From assembly GCF_032444005.1 (NCBI RefSeq), contig NC_091289.1, positions 20,336,001-20,400,000 of the forward strand: a stretch of 64,000 bases of DNA. The letters are read 5' to 3'. This DNA comes from Ranitomeya imitator. Its lineage: Eukaryota. This document shows positions 13,501-27,062 of this stretch, one piece after another. Made by a program: the position numbers and the translations under genes. A model generated the notes under the pieces. The model worked only from the letters and a program-made list of their open reading frames with translations, made no database searches and had not been told where the DNA came from. The first letter of the stretch is position 1. Every line of letters starts with the position of its first letter.

Positions 13501-14722
13501 AGAGCTGCACTCACTATTCTGCTGGTGCAGTCACTGTGTACATACATTACATTACTGATCCTGAGTTACATCCTGTATTATACCCCAGAGCTGCACTCAC
13601 TATTCTGCTGGTGCAGTCACTGTGTACATACATTACATTACTGATCCTGAGTTACCTCCTGTATTATACCCCAGAGCTGCACTCACTATTCTGCTGGTGC
13701 AGTCACTGTGTACATACATTACATTACTGATCCTGAGTTACATCCTGTATTATACCCCAGAGCTGCACTCACTATTCTGCTGGTGCCGTCACTGTGTACA
13801 TACATTATATTACTGATCCTGAGTTACATCCTGTATTATACCCCAGAGCTGCACTCACTATTCTGCTGGTGCAGTCACTGTGTACATACATTACATTACT
13901 GATCCTGAGTTACATCCTGTATTATACCCCAGAGCTGCACTCACTATTCTGCTGGTGCAGTCACTGTGTACATACATTACATTACTGATCCTGAGTTACC
14001 TCCTGTATTATACCCCAGAGCTGCACTCACTATTCTGCTGGTGCAGTCACTGTGTACATACATTACATTACTGATCCTGAGTTACCTCCTGTATTATACC
14101 CCAGAGCTGCACTCACTATTCTGCTGGTGCCGTCACTGTGTACATACATTATATTACTGATCCTGAGTTACATCCTGTATTATACCCCAGAGCTGCACTC
14201 ACTATTCTGCTGGTGCAGTCACTGTGTACATACATTACATTACTGATCCTGAGTTACATCCTGTATTATACCCCAGAGCTGCACTCACTATTCTGCTGGT
14301 GCAGTCACTGTGTACATACATTACATTACTGATCCTGAGTTACCTCCTGTATTATACCCCAGAGCTGCACTCACTATTCTGCTGGTGCAGTCACTGTGTA
14401 CATACATTACATTACTGATCCTGAGTTACATCCTGTATTATACCCCAGAGCTGCACTCACTATTCTGCTGGTGCAGTCACTGTGTACATACATTACATTA
14501 CTGATCCCGAGTTACATCCTGTATTATACCCCAGAGCTGCACTCACTATTCTGCTGGTGCAGTCACTGTGTACATACATTACATTACTGATCCTGAGTTA
14601 CCTCCTGTATTATACCCCAGAGCTGCACTCACTATTCTGCTGGTGCAGTCACTGTGTACATACATTACTGATCCTGAGTTACATCCTGTATTATACTCCA
14701 GAGCTGCACTCACTATTCTGCT
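10553..14722 (+). repeat. 86-bp tandem satellite, about 48 copies
   Basis: Unit gatcctgagttacatcctgtattata(c/t)(c/t)ccagagctgcactcactattctgctggtgcagtcactgtgtacatacattacattact. The ORF track repeats every 86 bp. Confidence 0.97.
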
Positions 14723-17700
14723 GTGAGGGTCCCAGGAAAATAAAGCTAAGAAAAAGACCCCACACAACACTGAATTGCCATCCGCCGCGCACTATTCACA
14801 GCCCACTACAGATTTGAGGGCAGATTTATCTAGACGGTTAAAATTGTGTTCGTTGCCTGTAGCAACCAATCACAGCAAAGCTTTTATTTTGCCAATGCAG
14901 CTTTAGAACTGAAAGATGTGCAGCGATTGGTTGCTTTACATAACAATAACAACAAATGGAGGACGATTCATCAAAACTGGCTGGAAACCTGTCTTTGTTT
15001 TCCCTAGCAACCAATCACAGCTCAGTTTTCATTTTACCAGAACTGTTTTAAAAATGAAAGCTGAGCTCTGATTGGCTGTTTTGATCAATGAGGCCTAATA
15101 TTGTTTATATATCTAGTTAAAAGTATATAAAGATTATATTGTCAGAGCGCGTGGGCCGCAGATATAGCAGCATAAACGAGCACTATATCAGCAATGGAAC
15201 TGGTAGTGAATAATTGAGCCTCACGGCGTTAGATAGGCCACACTGACCCACGGGTGTGACCTGGCCCCTGGTCTTTGTGCTGCTTTTGGCAATTCCAGGA
15301 GGACTTAACACTTCAGCGCTGTCCCGGGACTATATTTGTGATCTGCATCATTATCCCTCGCTCAGCTGTCCTCTACTAATCCAGTGTTGTGTCCTCTAGT
15401 AACATCTCCAGCCCCCGGCACATCGGGAAGTGTCATTTATTAAAGGGTTATTCTCACCTAATACATTTTGGGAACGGTTGGATAGAGCTTGTAAATACAA
15501 GCAATTTTACCATTCACTGCTTGTTAACATTTTCAGCCATTCTTGAGATATTAACACTTTTTTCTTTTGCTTACACCTCGTTACCTTGGAGACCGACCAC
15601 CGCTGTTAAGAGAGCAAAACATGTGATTACAAGCTTTTTCTTCTATTCAGCTTGTCTGCACTGTTCTGAAGCAGGCCGGGATCGATGGAGCGCGCTGTCG
15701 CCTCCTAATTCTTGCCAGATTCAAAAGCTTGTATCCAAGCAACAGTGGTGGTCGGTCTCCTAGGCAAAAGAAAAATGAACGGATGCAATATTTAATAAAC
15801 AGTAAATTGCAAAAGTGCCTCTTTTTACAAGTACTATCGGACAATATTCAACCCTCTAATATAGTAACTAATAATAGGGAAAATGCAATGATGCTTTACT
15901 GGGAAAGCATCATCTTTTGGGGGGCATAATCCAAGGACCCCACTGATTCCCAGACACAATGCAGTAGATGTTTGAGGTTCTCTGGTTCCCAGGCTTTCTG
16001 ATCCAAATGATGACAGCTGCGAGGGAATGACTGTCAGTCTCGGGCCACTGACCCTATGACGTTGTGTCTACATTAGTATCCAGGGGGTAAGGTGCCACAG
16101 TGGGTAAATAGTGGCTATTTAGTGTTTTATGGTGGGCATGGATGTGGCTATCAGACAATATCAAGGTTCATGTACTGTAATTTAGATGGATTAAGATGGA
16201 CGTTGATTGCCCCGCCTTAAAGAAATAGCAGGCCAAAGTAGATAAAAACAGAAGAACTACACTTTTCAAAGAGACACAACAAGCTTGACGTTTACTCATC
16301 TCACATTAGGCACAAGAGCTTGGTGGTTGCAGTTCTCTCCATGTGACGATGTGACTTGAACACAACCCGGACAATCCTCAGTTTAAAATACGTATGACGT
16401 TCCCAAGCCTCTGTGAGCTTCACATGGACCTTAGGCTTATGGTCCCTCACACAGTAAACTTTGAAGCACGCTATCAACATGCGACCAAAGGGAAGGTCCC
16501 TGCTATTCAAGTCTCTATTTCGAGAAGACCTTAAATAATGTCTCCTTTTCTACACCTTTCCACCACTCAACAAGCCTGAACCAGTTAGGCAAAAATATAG
16601 GTCTCAGGGCATAACATCTTCAGCTGCGCAATGTTCACAAAGTCCTCTGATGTCCTTTACAGCCTCACTGAAGTCCATCCTCAGCTAACCCGCCCTGCCG
16701 CTCTCCCGGTTGTACGTAGCTGACTCCTTCCAGGTTGACAACTCTCTTTGCCCGCACTTTCTCCAGAAAATGTTCCTTCCACAGCTAGACTAACCAATAC
16801 CCCAATTGGTAATGAATTTATAGGTCAGATCTTCACTTCAATCTCTAGGTCTTGCATATCATGGTGATAACTCTTAGGTTGTCCTAAAAAGTGCCATGTG
16901 ATACACCGAACAGAGTCTACACAGGCCCCACGCCACCGTCCCCTCTCCTACAAAGAACAATCCGCTTCAGCCATTAATATTCTCTGACTAACAAGTCCAC
17001 ACTGGCTCCAAGATCATCAACACTGCTTCGATGAACAGTCCCTGGTCCCTACTCTTCAAATAGGCCAACGCCAACCACATGATTCTTTTATGCCACGCAC
17101 AGACACTCTGACACCTTGGTGATAAACCAGTCCCTTATTTCATCTTCTCTCTACCCCCACCCATCGTGATGAAGCATTTATGGGTCACAATGCACACTTC
17201 AATGTCAGAGTGCGGCTCTTCATGGGCTGAACTCATGGTGGCACCTCCTCCTCTTAGTTGCCTATTAAGAAACTAATCAGTTATGGTGACAGGACATTCT
17301 GGTGCTGCCGAGTTCTAGCAAACCACTATCCACCATTTCCAAGAAAAACCACAGAACAGTACCATATATAAGCAGTAGCATACTGTGTATATTACATTTA
17401 CATAGCAGATTCCAGACAAGAACAAACAAATGGTAAAGCAGTCTCACCCAAACAGCCGAGCAGTCCCTCCGACAACTACAGTTTTAGAGAGGGAAAATTT
17501 ACTATAGTGTTTGAGGTGGACCTGTCACAAGGTCAAAAGTGGCCAATTTTGGCTTTTTACTTTACTCTTTCTGGTCTCCTAAGTTTTCCTTTTTTTAATC
17601 CGCCATATAATTCCCGAGACATGGGCCTTTTTATTTATTGCTAATTGTTATGGTCTTTACCAGAAGGACAGAGCTCATAGGGTGTACAGTATCCTAAAGA

Positions 17701-18526
17701 TGCGCCCCAGAGGATCCTGTGAGCACCGCCCCCTTGTAACGTCCATATAAGTTATCACTACATATAAAGCTCCATATCTCTGGATCCGTATAGTGGATTT
17801 AAATAATAATAAAAAAAAAAAGATTACTCGGGAGAGCATCGGGACCCAAATAAGAGCAAAAACTGGTGACTTTTGACCCGATGACAGATCATTTTTAATC
17901 ACCCAGAAAGTGTGCGTAACTTCTTGTTTACAGAAGAACTTTGCTGGAATTAGAGGAGCCTAAAACATGTTTCAAAATGGAGGAGCAAATAAAGCCAACT
18001 CAGTTGTTTTGCAAAAAATAAATAAATGTGTCTAAACATGCAGAAATTTATTGTGAGGCGCTTTTAGTCAAGTCTAGCTTTGGACTGCCCATGGTCTTAT
18101 TCAGAAGTCCAAAGTTTTTTTTCTTTCTCCGCTTTTCTAATGGATCTGATTTTCTTCCATTGTTTGGCCAAGTGTTTGTTTGTTTTCTTTTATGCAAAAA
18201 TTTTTAAAAAAGATCCAAACTTTTCCTACCCATTATACAGCAAAAAGTGGACGGTTCTCGGATGACACATCGAGTGTTATTTTCACAGACCCGTTGGACG
18301 AGTTTGACCGGTAATCCAATGATTGGCGATGGTAAGGGAAAGTGGGCGCGTGCATCCGTGTGTTTTTGCTTGTGTCTATGTCCATAGCAATAATACATCT
18401 CCTACATAAGCCCCTTCACTTGTAGTGACGCTCCGGTGACCGCGCAGAAAGCTCCATGAACCGGTCTATCCCGGGAACGCTCTAGAAAACGACCACTACA
18501 CATTACACAATGACGAGGGGGAGAAC

Positions 18527-18640
18527 CAGCTGTACTCAAATGTCAAAGCGTTTGCACAGCTGACACCAGTTGCTGAAAACAGAACATGGCAGCAGTGACA
18601 TAAATTCTCTAGGAGGTCCTCCAGGGCTTAATATAGCACT
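18527..18640 (+). promoter_or_regulatory. Candidate LMOD3 proximal promoter (E-box cluster)
   Basis: CAGCTG at 18527 and 18557 and CAGTTG at 18567, followed by AT-rich TATA/MEF2-like words, about 130-230 bp upstream of the ATG. TSS not determined. Confidence 0.35.
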
Positions 18641-18758
18641 GGCATCAGCCGAAGTGACCGTCGCTTCAGTCACTCATGGTGGCTTCCTCTCGGAGAACGC
18701 AACACGCTGCACCATAACCGCCTGTATCCCTCGCCGTGAGGACCGTAAAAAATTAACC

Positions 18759-19049
18759 ATGTCTCAGCACAGCCAAGACTCCGAGTTGGATGAACTGTTT
18801 GCAGACATTGATGAAGATGAGATTTTGGCCAATTTGTCTCCAGAAGAGCTAAAGGAGCTCCAGAGCGAAATGGAGGTCCTGGCGCCAGATCCGAAAGTCC
18901 CAGTGGGCATGATACAAAGGGACCAGACGGAGAAAGCACCAACCGGGCAATTTGACCACAGATCGCTCATCGATTATTTACACTGGGAGAAGGAATCTAA
19001 ACGAATGTTGGAGGAGGAAAGAGTTCCCGTTACGCTTCTGCCATCTGAG
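18759..19049 (+). CDS. LMOD3: Leiomodin-3, coding exon 1 (97 codons)
   Basis: [38 protein letters not shown]...LLPSE is the tropomodulin/leiomodin N-terminal domain. Phase-0 donor GAG|gtaaag at 19050. Confidence 0.95.
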
Positions 19050-19231
19050 GTAAAGTGGTAGGGACTGGAAAAATAAAAAAATGCCACTATAGGACTTGAA
19101 AAAAATCACTATAGGGTAAAAAAAAAGGAAATAGAACAGGGTAAAAGAAAAAAATATAGGTAAAAGAAAAATAAAGTAGCATAGGGTGAGAAAAAAGTCA
19201 CTAAAGGGCTAAGAAAAAACAAAACAAAACA

Positions 19232-19700
19232 CAAAAGACAAATTATACTATAAGACAAAAAAAAATCACCATAGTGCAAAAAATAAAAAAATCACAGTAA
19301 ATCTAACGTATTAAACTTTTTACAAGTTGCATTTGTCCCGATGAAAAAAGTTTCTGTGATGTATATGGGGGAAATCGAAAGACTGGAAGTTTGCAGATTA
19401 TTTTTCCTATGTTCCTTCAAAGTCCAAAAATTATCCTTAATAATCCTTCAATCCACTCGAAGAAAAAAAACACACAACAGACAAATTATACTATAAGACC
19501 CCCCAAAAAAATCACCATAGTGCAAAAAATAATAAAATCACAGTAAATCTATCGTATCAAACTTTTTACAAGTTGCATTTGTCCCGATGAAAAAACTTTC
19601 TGTGATGTATATGGGGGAAATCGAAAGACTGGAAGTTTGCAGATTGTTTTTCCTATGTGCCTTCAAAGTCCAAAAATTATCCTTAAATAATAATCCTTCC
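19232..19700 (+). repeat. About 240-bp direct tandem duplication in LMOD3 intron 1
   Basis: The segment acaaattatactataagac...aataatccttc occurs twice with few differences. Confidence 0.85.
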
Positions 19701-21131
19701 ATCCCCTCTCTGTCACTTTTATGGAAGCCATGTCAGGTCAATTTCCATCTTTCCATTGCTGGAATCACCGCCGATCTGCAGTTTGGGAATCTGGGGCAGC
19801 TGGGTCATAGCGAAGGTGAGAAATCCACGGTGACTTTTGGTTGGGTTTGAATTCCATATTTTCCTTTGGCCGGGATAAGATCACCATGAGTCTATAGTGT
19901 TTTCCCTTTATTTCTATTTCCTAATTCCCAAGTTTTAATAAAAGTGTCAGAGTTTATGTCTGGGTATTTTATATTCCATCAGACGGACACTGATTAGTAT
20001 TCTAGGCACCAAAAAGATAAGTTCTAATCATCAGCCAGTTTTACTATGATCGATAAAAAGACATTTTGCACAGAAAAATGAAAAAAAAAAAACAGAAAAA
20101 AAATAAAAAAATATTTTTATTTTATTTTACTTTGCATTTTCTTACCACAGTGATTGAAGTTTTGTCAAAGCAAAAAACCAAGAAGCATAAAAAACCAAAG
20201 CAGCTTTATTTAAAGCATGACGCCAAATAGAGACGATAATCGCAGCTTTAAAAATGCGATAAAAACACGTTAAAAAAACGCAAATAGCCTAATTTAAAGA
20301 ATAGGTGCAGAAATTCTGCAGCATCAAAAACGGACCAAAAGCTCATTGTGGGAACATAGCCTAAAGGAGAATTATCACTTTGCACCACAGCATGGCGCCC
20401 CCTAGTGTAATATCATTTATTGTTAAGCAAAAATTGCAATTTTAATTTTCCTCTTTGGAAATTCAGATTCTGATCCTTAAGGATCTACTTGGTGTCATGC
20501 TTTAAATAAAGCTGCTTTATTTTTTATGCTTCTTGTTTTTTTGCTTTGACAAAACTTTATTGCTATACTTAGGAGCAGATTACACGCATTTTTATCTGTT
20601 TCCGCTGCAGAAAAGCACTAAAAATTCACACGTGGTTTTTTTCACTGCGGATTTTCTGCAGCTAATGTAAATGTTTTTATTTTTACGCTGCATAATTTTT
20701 TAAAAAAAAGGAAGTAACTTATTTTACTTGGTAGGTGCAGAAATGGTCCAGAAAGTCTGCAACATCAAAAACTCACCCAAACCTCATCGTGGGAACACAG
20801 CCTTACAGACAAGGCTAATAGGTCACAACTTCTTAGTGATGGATGTAGTTACTGTGCAGCAACCGATACGGCATATTTTATTTAATGCCCTCACTACTGA
20901 ATGTTTTATGTTGAGACTTGTGGTCATCGTGTCATATGATGAGTCTGTTATAAGAATACATGACGTGTTATATGGCACGTGTAGAGAGAGTATAGTCAGA
21001 GCTGTCAGAATAACAGCTGCTCACATGACCTGTCCAGCTGTCCACATTCACATTACTGCAGTTCACAAAATGGAATAACTGAGGACGGTAATTTGTCTTA
21101 TTATATTTACTTTCTCTTCATTTCTAGCTCA

Positions 21132-24101
21132 TTATAACACCTCTATATACAGTAGATAACACAGGATCCACCATTCACAATAGGCGATGTCACAGCTCAC
21201 CTCCTCCTCCTCCTGTACAATGACTGATAACACCTCTACATACAGTAGATAACAGATGATCCACCATTCACAATAGGCGATGTCACAGCTCACCTCCTCC
21301 TGTACAATGACTGATGACACCTCTATATACAGTAGATAACACAGGATCCACCATTCACAATAGGCGATGTCACAGCTCACCTCCTCCTGTACAATGACTG
21401 ATGACACCTCTATATACAGTAGATAACACAGGATCCACCATTCACAATAGGCGATGTCACAGCTCACCTCCTCCTGTACAATGACTGATGACACCTCTAT
21501 ATACAGTAGATAACACAGGATCCATCATTCACAATAGGCGATGTCACAGCTCACCTCCTCCTCCTCCTGTACAATGACTGATAACACCTCTATATACAGT
21601 AGATAACACAGGATCCACCATTCACAATAGGTGATGTCACAGCTCACCTCCTCCTCCTGTACAATGATTGATAACGCCCCTATATACAGTAGATAACACA
21701 GGATCCACCATTCACAATAGGTGATATCACAGCTCACCTCCTCCTCCTGTACAATGATTGATAACGCCCCTATATACAGTAGATAACACAGGATCCACCA
21801 TTCACAATAGGTGATATCACAGCTCACCTCCTCCTCCTGTACAATGATTGATAACGCCCCTATATACAGTAGATAACACAGGATCCACCATTCACAATAG
21901 GTGATATCACAGCTCACCTCCTCCTCCTGTACAATGATTGATAACGCCCCTATATACAGTAGATAACACAGGATCCACCATTCACAATAGGTGATATCAC
22001 AGCTCACCTCCTCCTCCTGTACAATGATTGATAACGCCCCTATATACAGTAGATAACACAGGATCCACCATTCACAATAGGTGATATCACAGCTCACCTC
22101 CTCCTCCTGTACAATGACTGATAACACCTCTATATACAGTAGATAACACAGGATCCACCATTCACAATAGGTGATGTCACAGCTCACCTCCTCCTCCTGT
22201 ATAATGACTGATAACCAGGGCTGCCACTAGAAATTTCGGGGCCCTATACTGGCAAAATTTTCGAGGCCCCCCCTTGAGACTCCTCCCAGGCTCCACCCCT
22301 GCCCCGCCTCCACCCCTCAAACTGTCCACAGTCCCACCGCTCTCTCTTGGAAAAACTCCACTTCTCACCTATCACACATTAACAGTTCCCATCACCAGAT
22401 CACACATATAGCCGGTAGCTTTTGTTTTGGCCAAAATATTTTTTTAAGCCACCAAAATGACAAGGTAGACATTTTTGGCCAGGCCCTACTCTACTGTAAC
22501 CTATTAAATATTTGTTGAAATATGCAATACAATTTAGGTATATTTACTTTTCAATTTTTAAAATGACCTATAATACCACATACCAGGAACAGATACCACA
22601 GCACCATGACCAGACGCCATATCACCACAGTGACCTATAATACTATCTACAAGGCACAAATACCGCCACACCATGACCAGATGACACATTACCACCACAG
22701 TGATCGAATAATATCAAATACAAGGAACAAATACCACATCATGACCAGACCACATATTACCATCACATAGTGACTGAATACTACAATATTGATCAATAAA
22801 AAAAAAAACCCACAATACTATCACCATCAGTGCCATTATGCACAGGAGATCTGTACTTCGTATGCAGTGTCTGTGTACAGGTAATACAGTGATCACCAGT
22901 GACATTATACACAGGAGCTCTGTATATAGTGTATAGGTAATCCAGTGATCACTGGTGACATTATACACAGGACCTCTGTATATAGTATACAGTGTATAGG
23001 TAACACACTGACTCACCAGTGATGTTACTAGGTGAAGTCCTTCATCTTTCATCCAGCACAGACCGCCATCACTTCATCCAGCCAGGACTCGTCTCTGCAG
23101 GAAATAACACCATTATCTCGAGTTCCACTTGCAGAACACATTACTTAATTTTCCCAACTTCTACATTACACCACATGAAGAAGGCGACATAGTATCACTC
23201 TACACAGTAATAGGACCGCCCCCTCCATTTAGAACAGTATACTCAAAAAATAAAATAAATACATCACTACAGTAATAATATCCCTTAATTAGCCCCTATG
23301 GTAATAATATTCGCCATCCTAGCCCCCGTGTGTCTCATTCCTGGCGTCAGCCATATGTTCTCCCATCCTGCCCTAATGAGTATCCATCCTGCCCCATCTG
23401 TCTCCATCCTGCCCCATCTGTCTCCAATCCTGCCTCCAGTGTCTCAATTCTGCCCCATCTGTCTCCAGTCATGCCGCCATGTCTGTCATCCTGCCCCATG
23501 TCTCCAATCTGCCCCTGTGTCCAGCAATCTGCCCGAATCCAGCATTCTGCCCCCCCCCTGTGTCCAGCTTTCTGCCAGTCTCCAGCTTTCTGCCCCTGTG
23601 CAGCGTTCTGCCCGTGTCCAGCATTCTACCCAGCTTTCTGCCCGTTTGCCCCCCCGGATCGCCGCTGTCAAAAAAAAAAAAAAGTTCTGCTTACCTGCCG
23701 CGCTCCTGCTCTCTCCACGCAGCTGCAGCGTGCACTCGCCGGCGACTGACAATGGCGTCAGACGCCGGCGACCTGAACGTTGCGGCTGACGTCAGCTGCC
23801 AGCCTCAGATTGGCTGGCGGCTGTTAACTATTGACGTGCGGGCCCGCACGTCAATAGCGTTAAACAGCTGCAGCGCCGGCCGCCGCTAAGGGCCCGGTTC
23901 AGCCTGCGGCTGCCAGTAGGGGCCCGGTGAGCAGATAAGACGGGGCCCGATGTGGGCCCCCTCTGCTCACCAGGCCCCATATGCCAGTCACGGCTGTAAT
24001 GCCCTGATGGCGGCCCTGCTGATAACACCTCTATATACAGTAGATAACACAGGATCCACCATTTACAATAGGCGATGTCACAGCTCACCTCCTCCTCCTG
24101 T
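21132..24101 (+). repeat. 87-93-bp tandem satellite (about 12+1 units) split by a hAT insertion
   Basis: Unit ataacacctctatatacagtagataacacaggatccaccattcacaatagg(t/c)gatgtcacagctca(cct)n-gtacaatgactg. Units occupy 21132-22215 and resume at 24019. Confidence 0.93.
22216..24018. mobile_element. Non-autonomous hAT element (1.8 kb)
   Basis: TIR cagggctgcca / cagggccgcca (10/11). Perfect 8-bp TSD ctgataac at 22208-22215 and 24019-24026. No transposase ORF. Confidence 0.9.
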
Positions 24102-24894
24102 ACTTTTCCTTATGACTTTTGCCCAGATTACAGCAGACAATGGTTCTATATAAGTAAATAGTGTCTGTTTCAGTCTATCAATGCAAATGTGAAGAACAGG
24201 AAGCAGGAGTCTAATATTAGGCCAAGTGGTCAGTGTGAAAATTGCAGGATTTTTTTTGCATAGTGATGTGAAAAATAGAAATAAAATAGAACAAAACTTA
24301 AAAAATATATAGATTTGTCATAAAAACCTATTTAAAACACTAGAACATTTTATGGTGACACATTCCCTTTAAGTGCTTTAATATGATCAGGTGACTTGCA
24401 TACATTGACCACTCTCACCTGTATTGGCCGATGGCCACACTATTAGCCTCCATTAATGCCTCCTTTGGCCATCACTTCGGGTGTGTTTTCAAGTGTCCGC
24501 AGCTGTTGTAGAGTGGATTCCCACCAGATCGGTATTACCCATTCGCTTTGGTACCAAACTCTAAAATTCAGCACATTGACCCTTAGGTTGGCTGTTTTGG
24601 CTGGTTAATTCAGTCTATGTGCCCTTCTGGTTTTCATAAAGGGGTTCTCTGTTTGCCCCTTCCTCTCTCTGTTAGGTTGAACGAAGACTGGTGCAGGAGA
24701 TCTGGTGGACCTTCTTTGAATGGGACAACCGTCAACTTTTTACAAACTGTACACCCTCCATCTATGGAGGTCTCTAGTTTGTCAATACAGTGCAGAGTAT
24801 TGACTTTCTCCCCCTTTGCGTTGCATTCATTTTAATATTATTTTTATTTGTGACACTTCAAAATTCATCATAAATATTATGTTTTTAATATTAG

Positions 24895-26427
24895 AGAATA
24901 ATTTCAAGAGTGGAGGAGAAGGAGGAGACGCAACAAGAAGAGAAGACAACCAATCACCAAGACAGCCAAGAAAATGAAGTAGGACCACAAGAACCAGACA
25001 AAGAAAGTCATAACGAAACCTTGGAAGAAGTTTGTGACATAGAAAATAAGATAACTGATGAGGTAGAAGAAGAGACAGAAACAAATCAAAACATCGAGAC
25101 AGAAACAGAATTGGAAAAAGACAAGACGGGCAGTGAAGAAGTTGAGGAAAGTCGTTTGGAATCCCCACAGAAGGAAGAGGCTGTGGAGAAGGAACCAGAA
25201 CCCGAACCAGAAGAAGAAAAGAGTGATAAAACAACAAGTCTCACCACCGATGAAGGTCCAGACCCAGCTGAAAAAGCGGAGGATAATAAACCCCCGGGGA
25301 AGATCTCAAAATTAAATATACCCAAGAAATTAGCAATGGACTCCAGTTTTATCAAGATGAGCGCGAGGCCTTCTGGAAATCAAACCAACTTGGATAGAAC
25401 ATTGCAGAACATCCGGGAGAACAATTCAGATGTGAAAGAAGTCAACTTAAACAACATCGAGAAGATTCCAAAGGAGATGCTGTTGGACTTCATCAATGCT
25501 TTGAAGAAAAACAAACACGTAAAGACTTTCAGTATGACAAACGTAGGAGCCGATGAGAATGCTGCCTTCACCCTGGCCAATATGTTACGAGAAAACAGAA
25601 GCATTACCACCTTAAACATCGAATCCAATTTTATTACTGGAAAAGGAATTGTGGCCATTGTGCGATGTCTTCAGTTCAACGAGTCCTTGACCGAGCTGAG
25701 GTTTCACAATCAAAGACATATGTTGGGTCACCATGCCGAGATGGAAATTGCAAGACTTCTGAAGGCCAATAACACGTTGTTGAAAATGGGTTACCATTTC
25801 GAGCTGCCGGGTCCAAGAATGGTGGTCACTAATCTGCTAAGTAGAAATCTGGACAAGCAAAGGCAAAAAAGAAAAGAGGAACAACAGCAACAAGTTAAGG
25901 AACAGGAAGAGATCATTAGTATATTGGAAAATGGTCTAAGTATGGGAATTCCTCCAGAACTTTGGGCGATGTTGAACCAACCACCACCAACTCCAGCTTC
26001 CAGGATGCCACCCCCAACTTCCAACTCAAGAATGTCACCGATTCCAGAGGAACCAAAAATTCCAGTGCCGCCACTTAGAAAAAGTAAACAGAACAGGGTA
26101 GAGTTTAACTTGGAAAATAAGTGCAATTCCGAGCCTCCGCCTTTCCAAGAAGTGAAGCTTAAAAAATTTCAAACAAAATCCGCCGCCCAAAAGTTAAGAG
26201 ATGAAGTAGATAAGACTAGTTTGCGAGACATGATACACCTCAAGAGGGCAAAACCCCAGTCAAGTGCGTCTCAAAATTCAGAGCGGTCAGAGAAAGCCAA
26301 TCTTAAAGACGTAATAAAAACCTTGAAGCCCGTGCCAAGGAATCGTCCACCTCCTGTTGTCAAGTTGACGCCAAGAGATGAGCTTCTTCAAGATATTCGC
26401 CAGAGTAATGTGGCCTATCTGAAAGCG
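24895..26427 (+). CDS. LMOD3: Leiomodin-3, coding exon 2 (511 codons)
   Basis: Acceptor ttag|AGA in phase 0. Acidic segment, LRR/ABS2 domain ([13 protein letters not shown]...[19 protein letters not shown]), proline-rich segment, WH2 start ([20 protein letters not shown]). Donor GCG|gtaaga at 26428. Confidence 0.95.
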
Positions 26428-27062
26428 GTAAGATGATATTTGGGTGGACGTTTATGTTTTTGATAAATATTTTAGTCTACATTTTTCATACCGGGCCTGC
26501 CTTTTTTGATAAATCGACCCAAATGTTTTTCACATTTTTGTGTCTTTAAACGAGGCTTACGCATCACCTTGATGATGAAACTTTAAGGGATTGTCCATTA
26601 CTGGTTAACACCTTACTAATGGGTCTGGTAGGTGAAAAAAAAAAAAAGATACCTGCCTTCCAGACAGGTGATGAAGTTTCCTACACTGGCAGAGGCATCA
26701 TCTGAGCGCTGCAGCCAATCATCGGCGACTGATGGGCTACAACGTTCAAACATTGGCTGCGGTTCTCAGATGAAATGTGAACGCTGCAGTTGATCAGTGG
26801 CCACTGATTAGCTGCAGTGCTCACGTGATGATGCCAAGGAACCAGCAGGAGACGCAGTGTACAGAATAATGGAGTGACGCTATTCCAGAAGGCGAGTATC
26901 ATTTCATTTTTTAATATATATTTTTGTTACCTGCCTCCGTAGAATGGAAAATTCTAGTGGCGGATTGTAGGCAGCGGGGCAAATTTTTATACTCCATTTT
27001 TATAAAATCCTAAAAGTGAAATTGGTGCCGATTACTAATTACCGTATTTGGTTTATTACAAG

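Noticed and set aside
10553-14722. CRISPR-like regular array
   Set aside because: Units are contiguous with no unique spacers, there are no cas genes, and the DNA is eukaryotic.
10485-14817. Dozens of 64-aa ORFs (MYIHYITDPELHPV...)
   Set aside because: Products of the 86-bp satellite period, with no protein signature.
16260-17270. Possible decayed LTR-retroelement coding remnant (DLGASVDLL resembles a protease motif)
   Set aside because: One weak motif, many stops and no LTRs identified. It needs a translated search.
17590-17760. CArG-like words upstream of LMOD3
   Set aside because: None matches CC(A/T)6GG fully, and they lie in repeat-like sequence.
21132-22187. Long minus-strand ORFs with a 30-aa repeat
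   Set aside because: The unit length is a multiple of 3 and varies by CCT slippage, so open frames are expected by chance.
25086-26126. Antisense ORFs over LMOD3 exon 2
   Set aside because: Shadow frames of a real coding exon.
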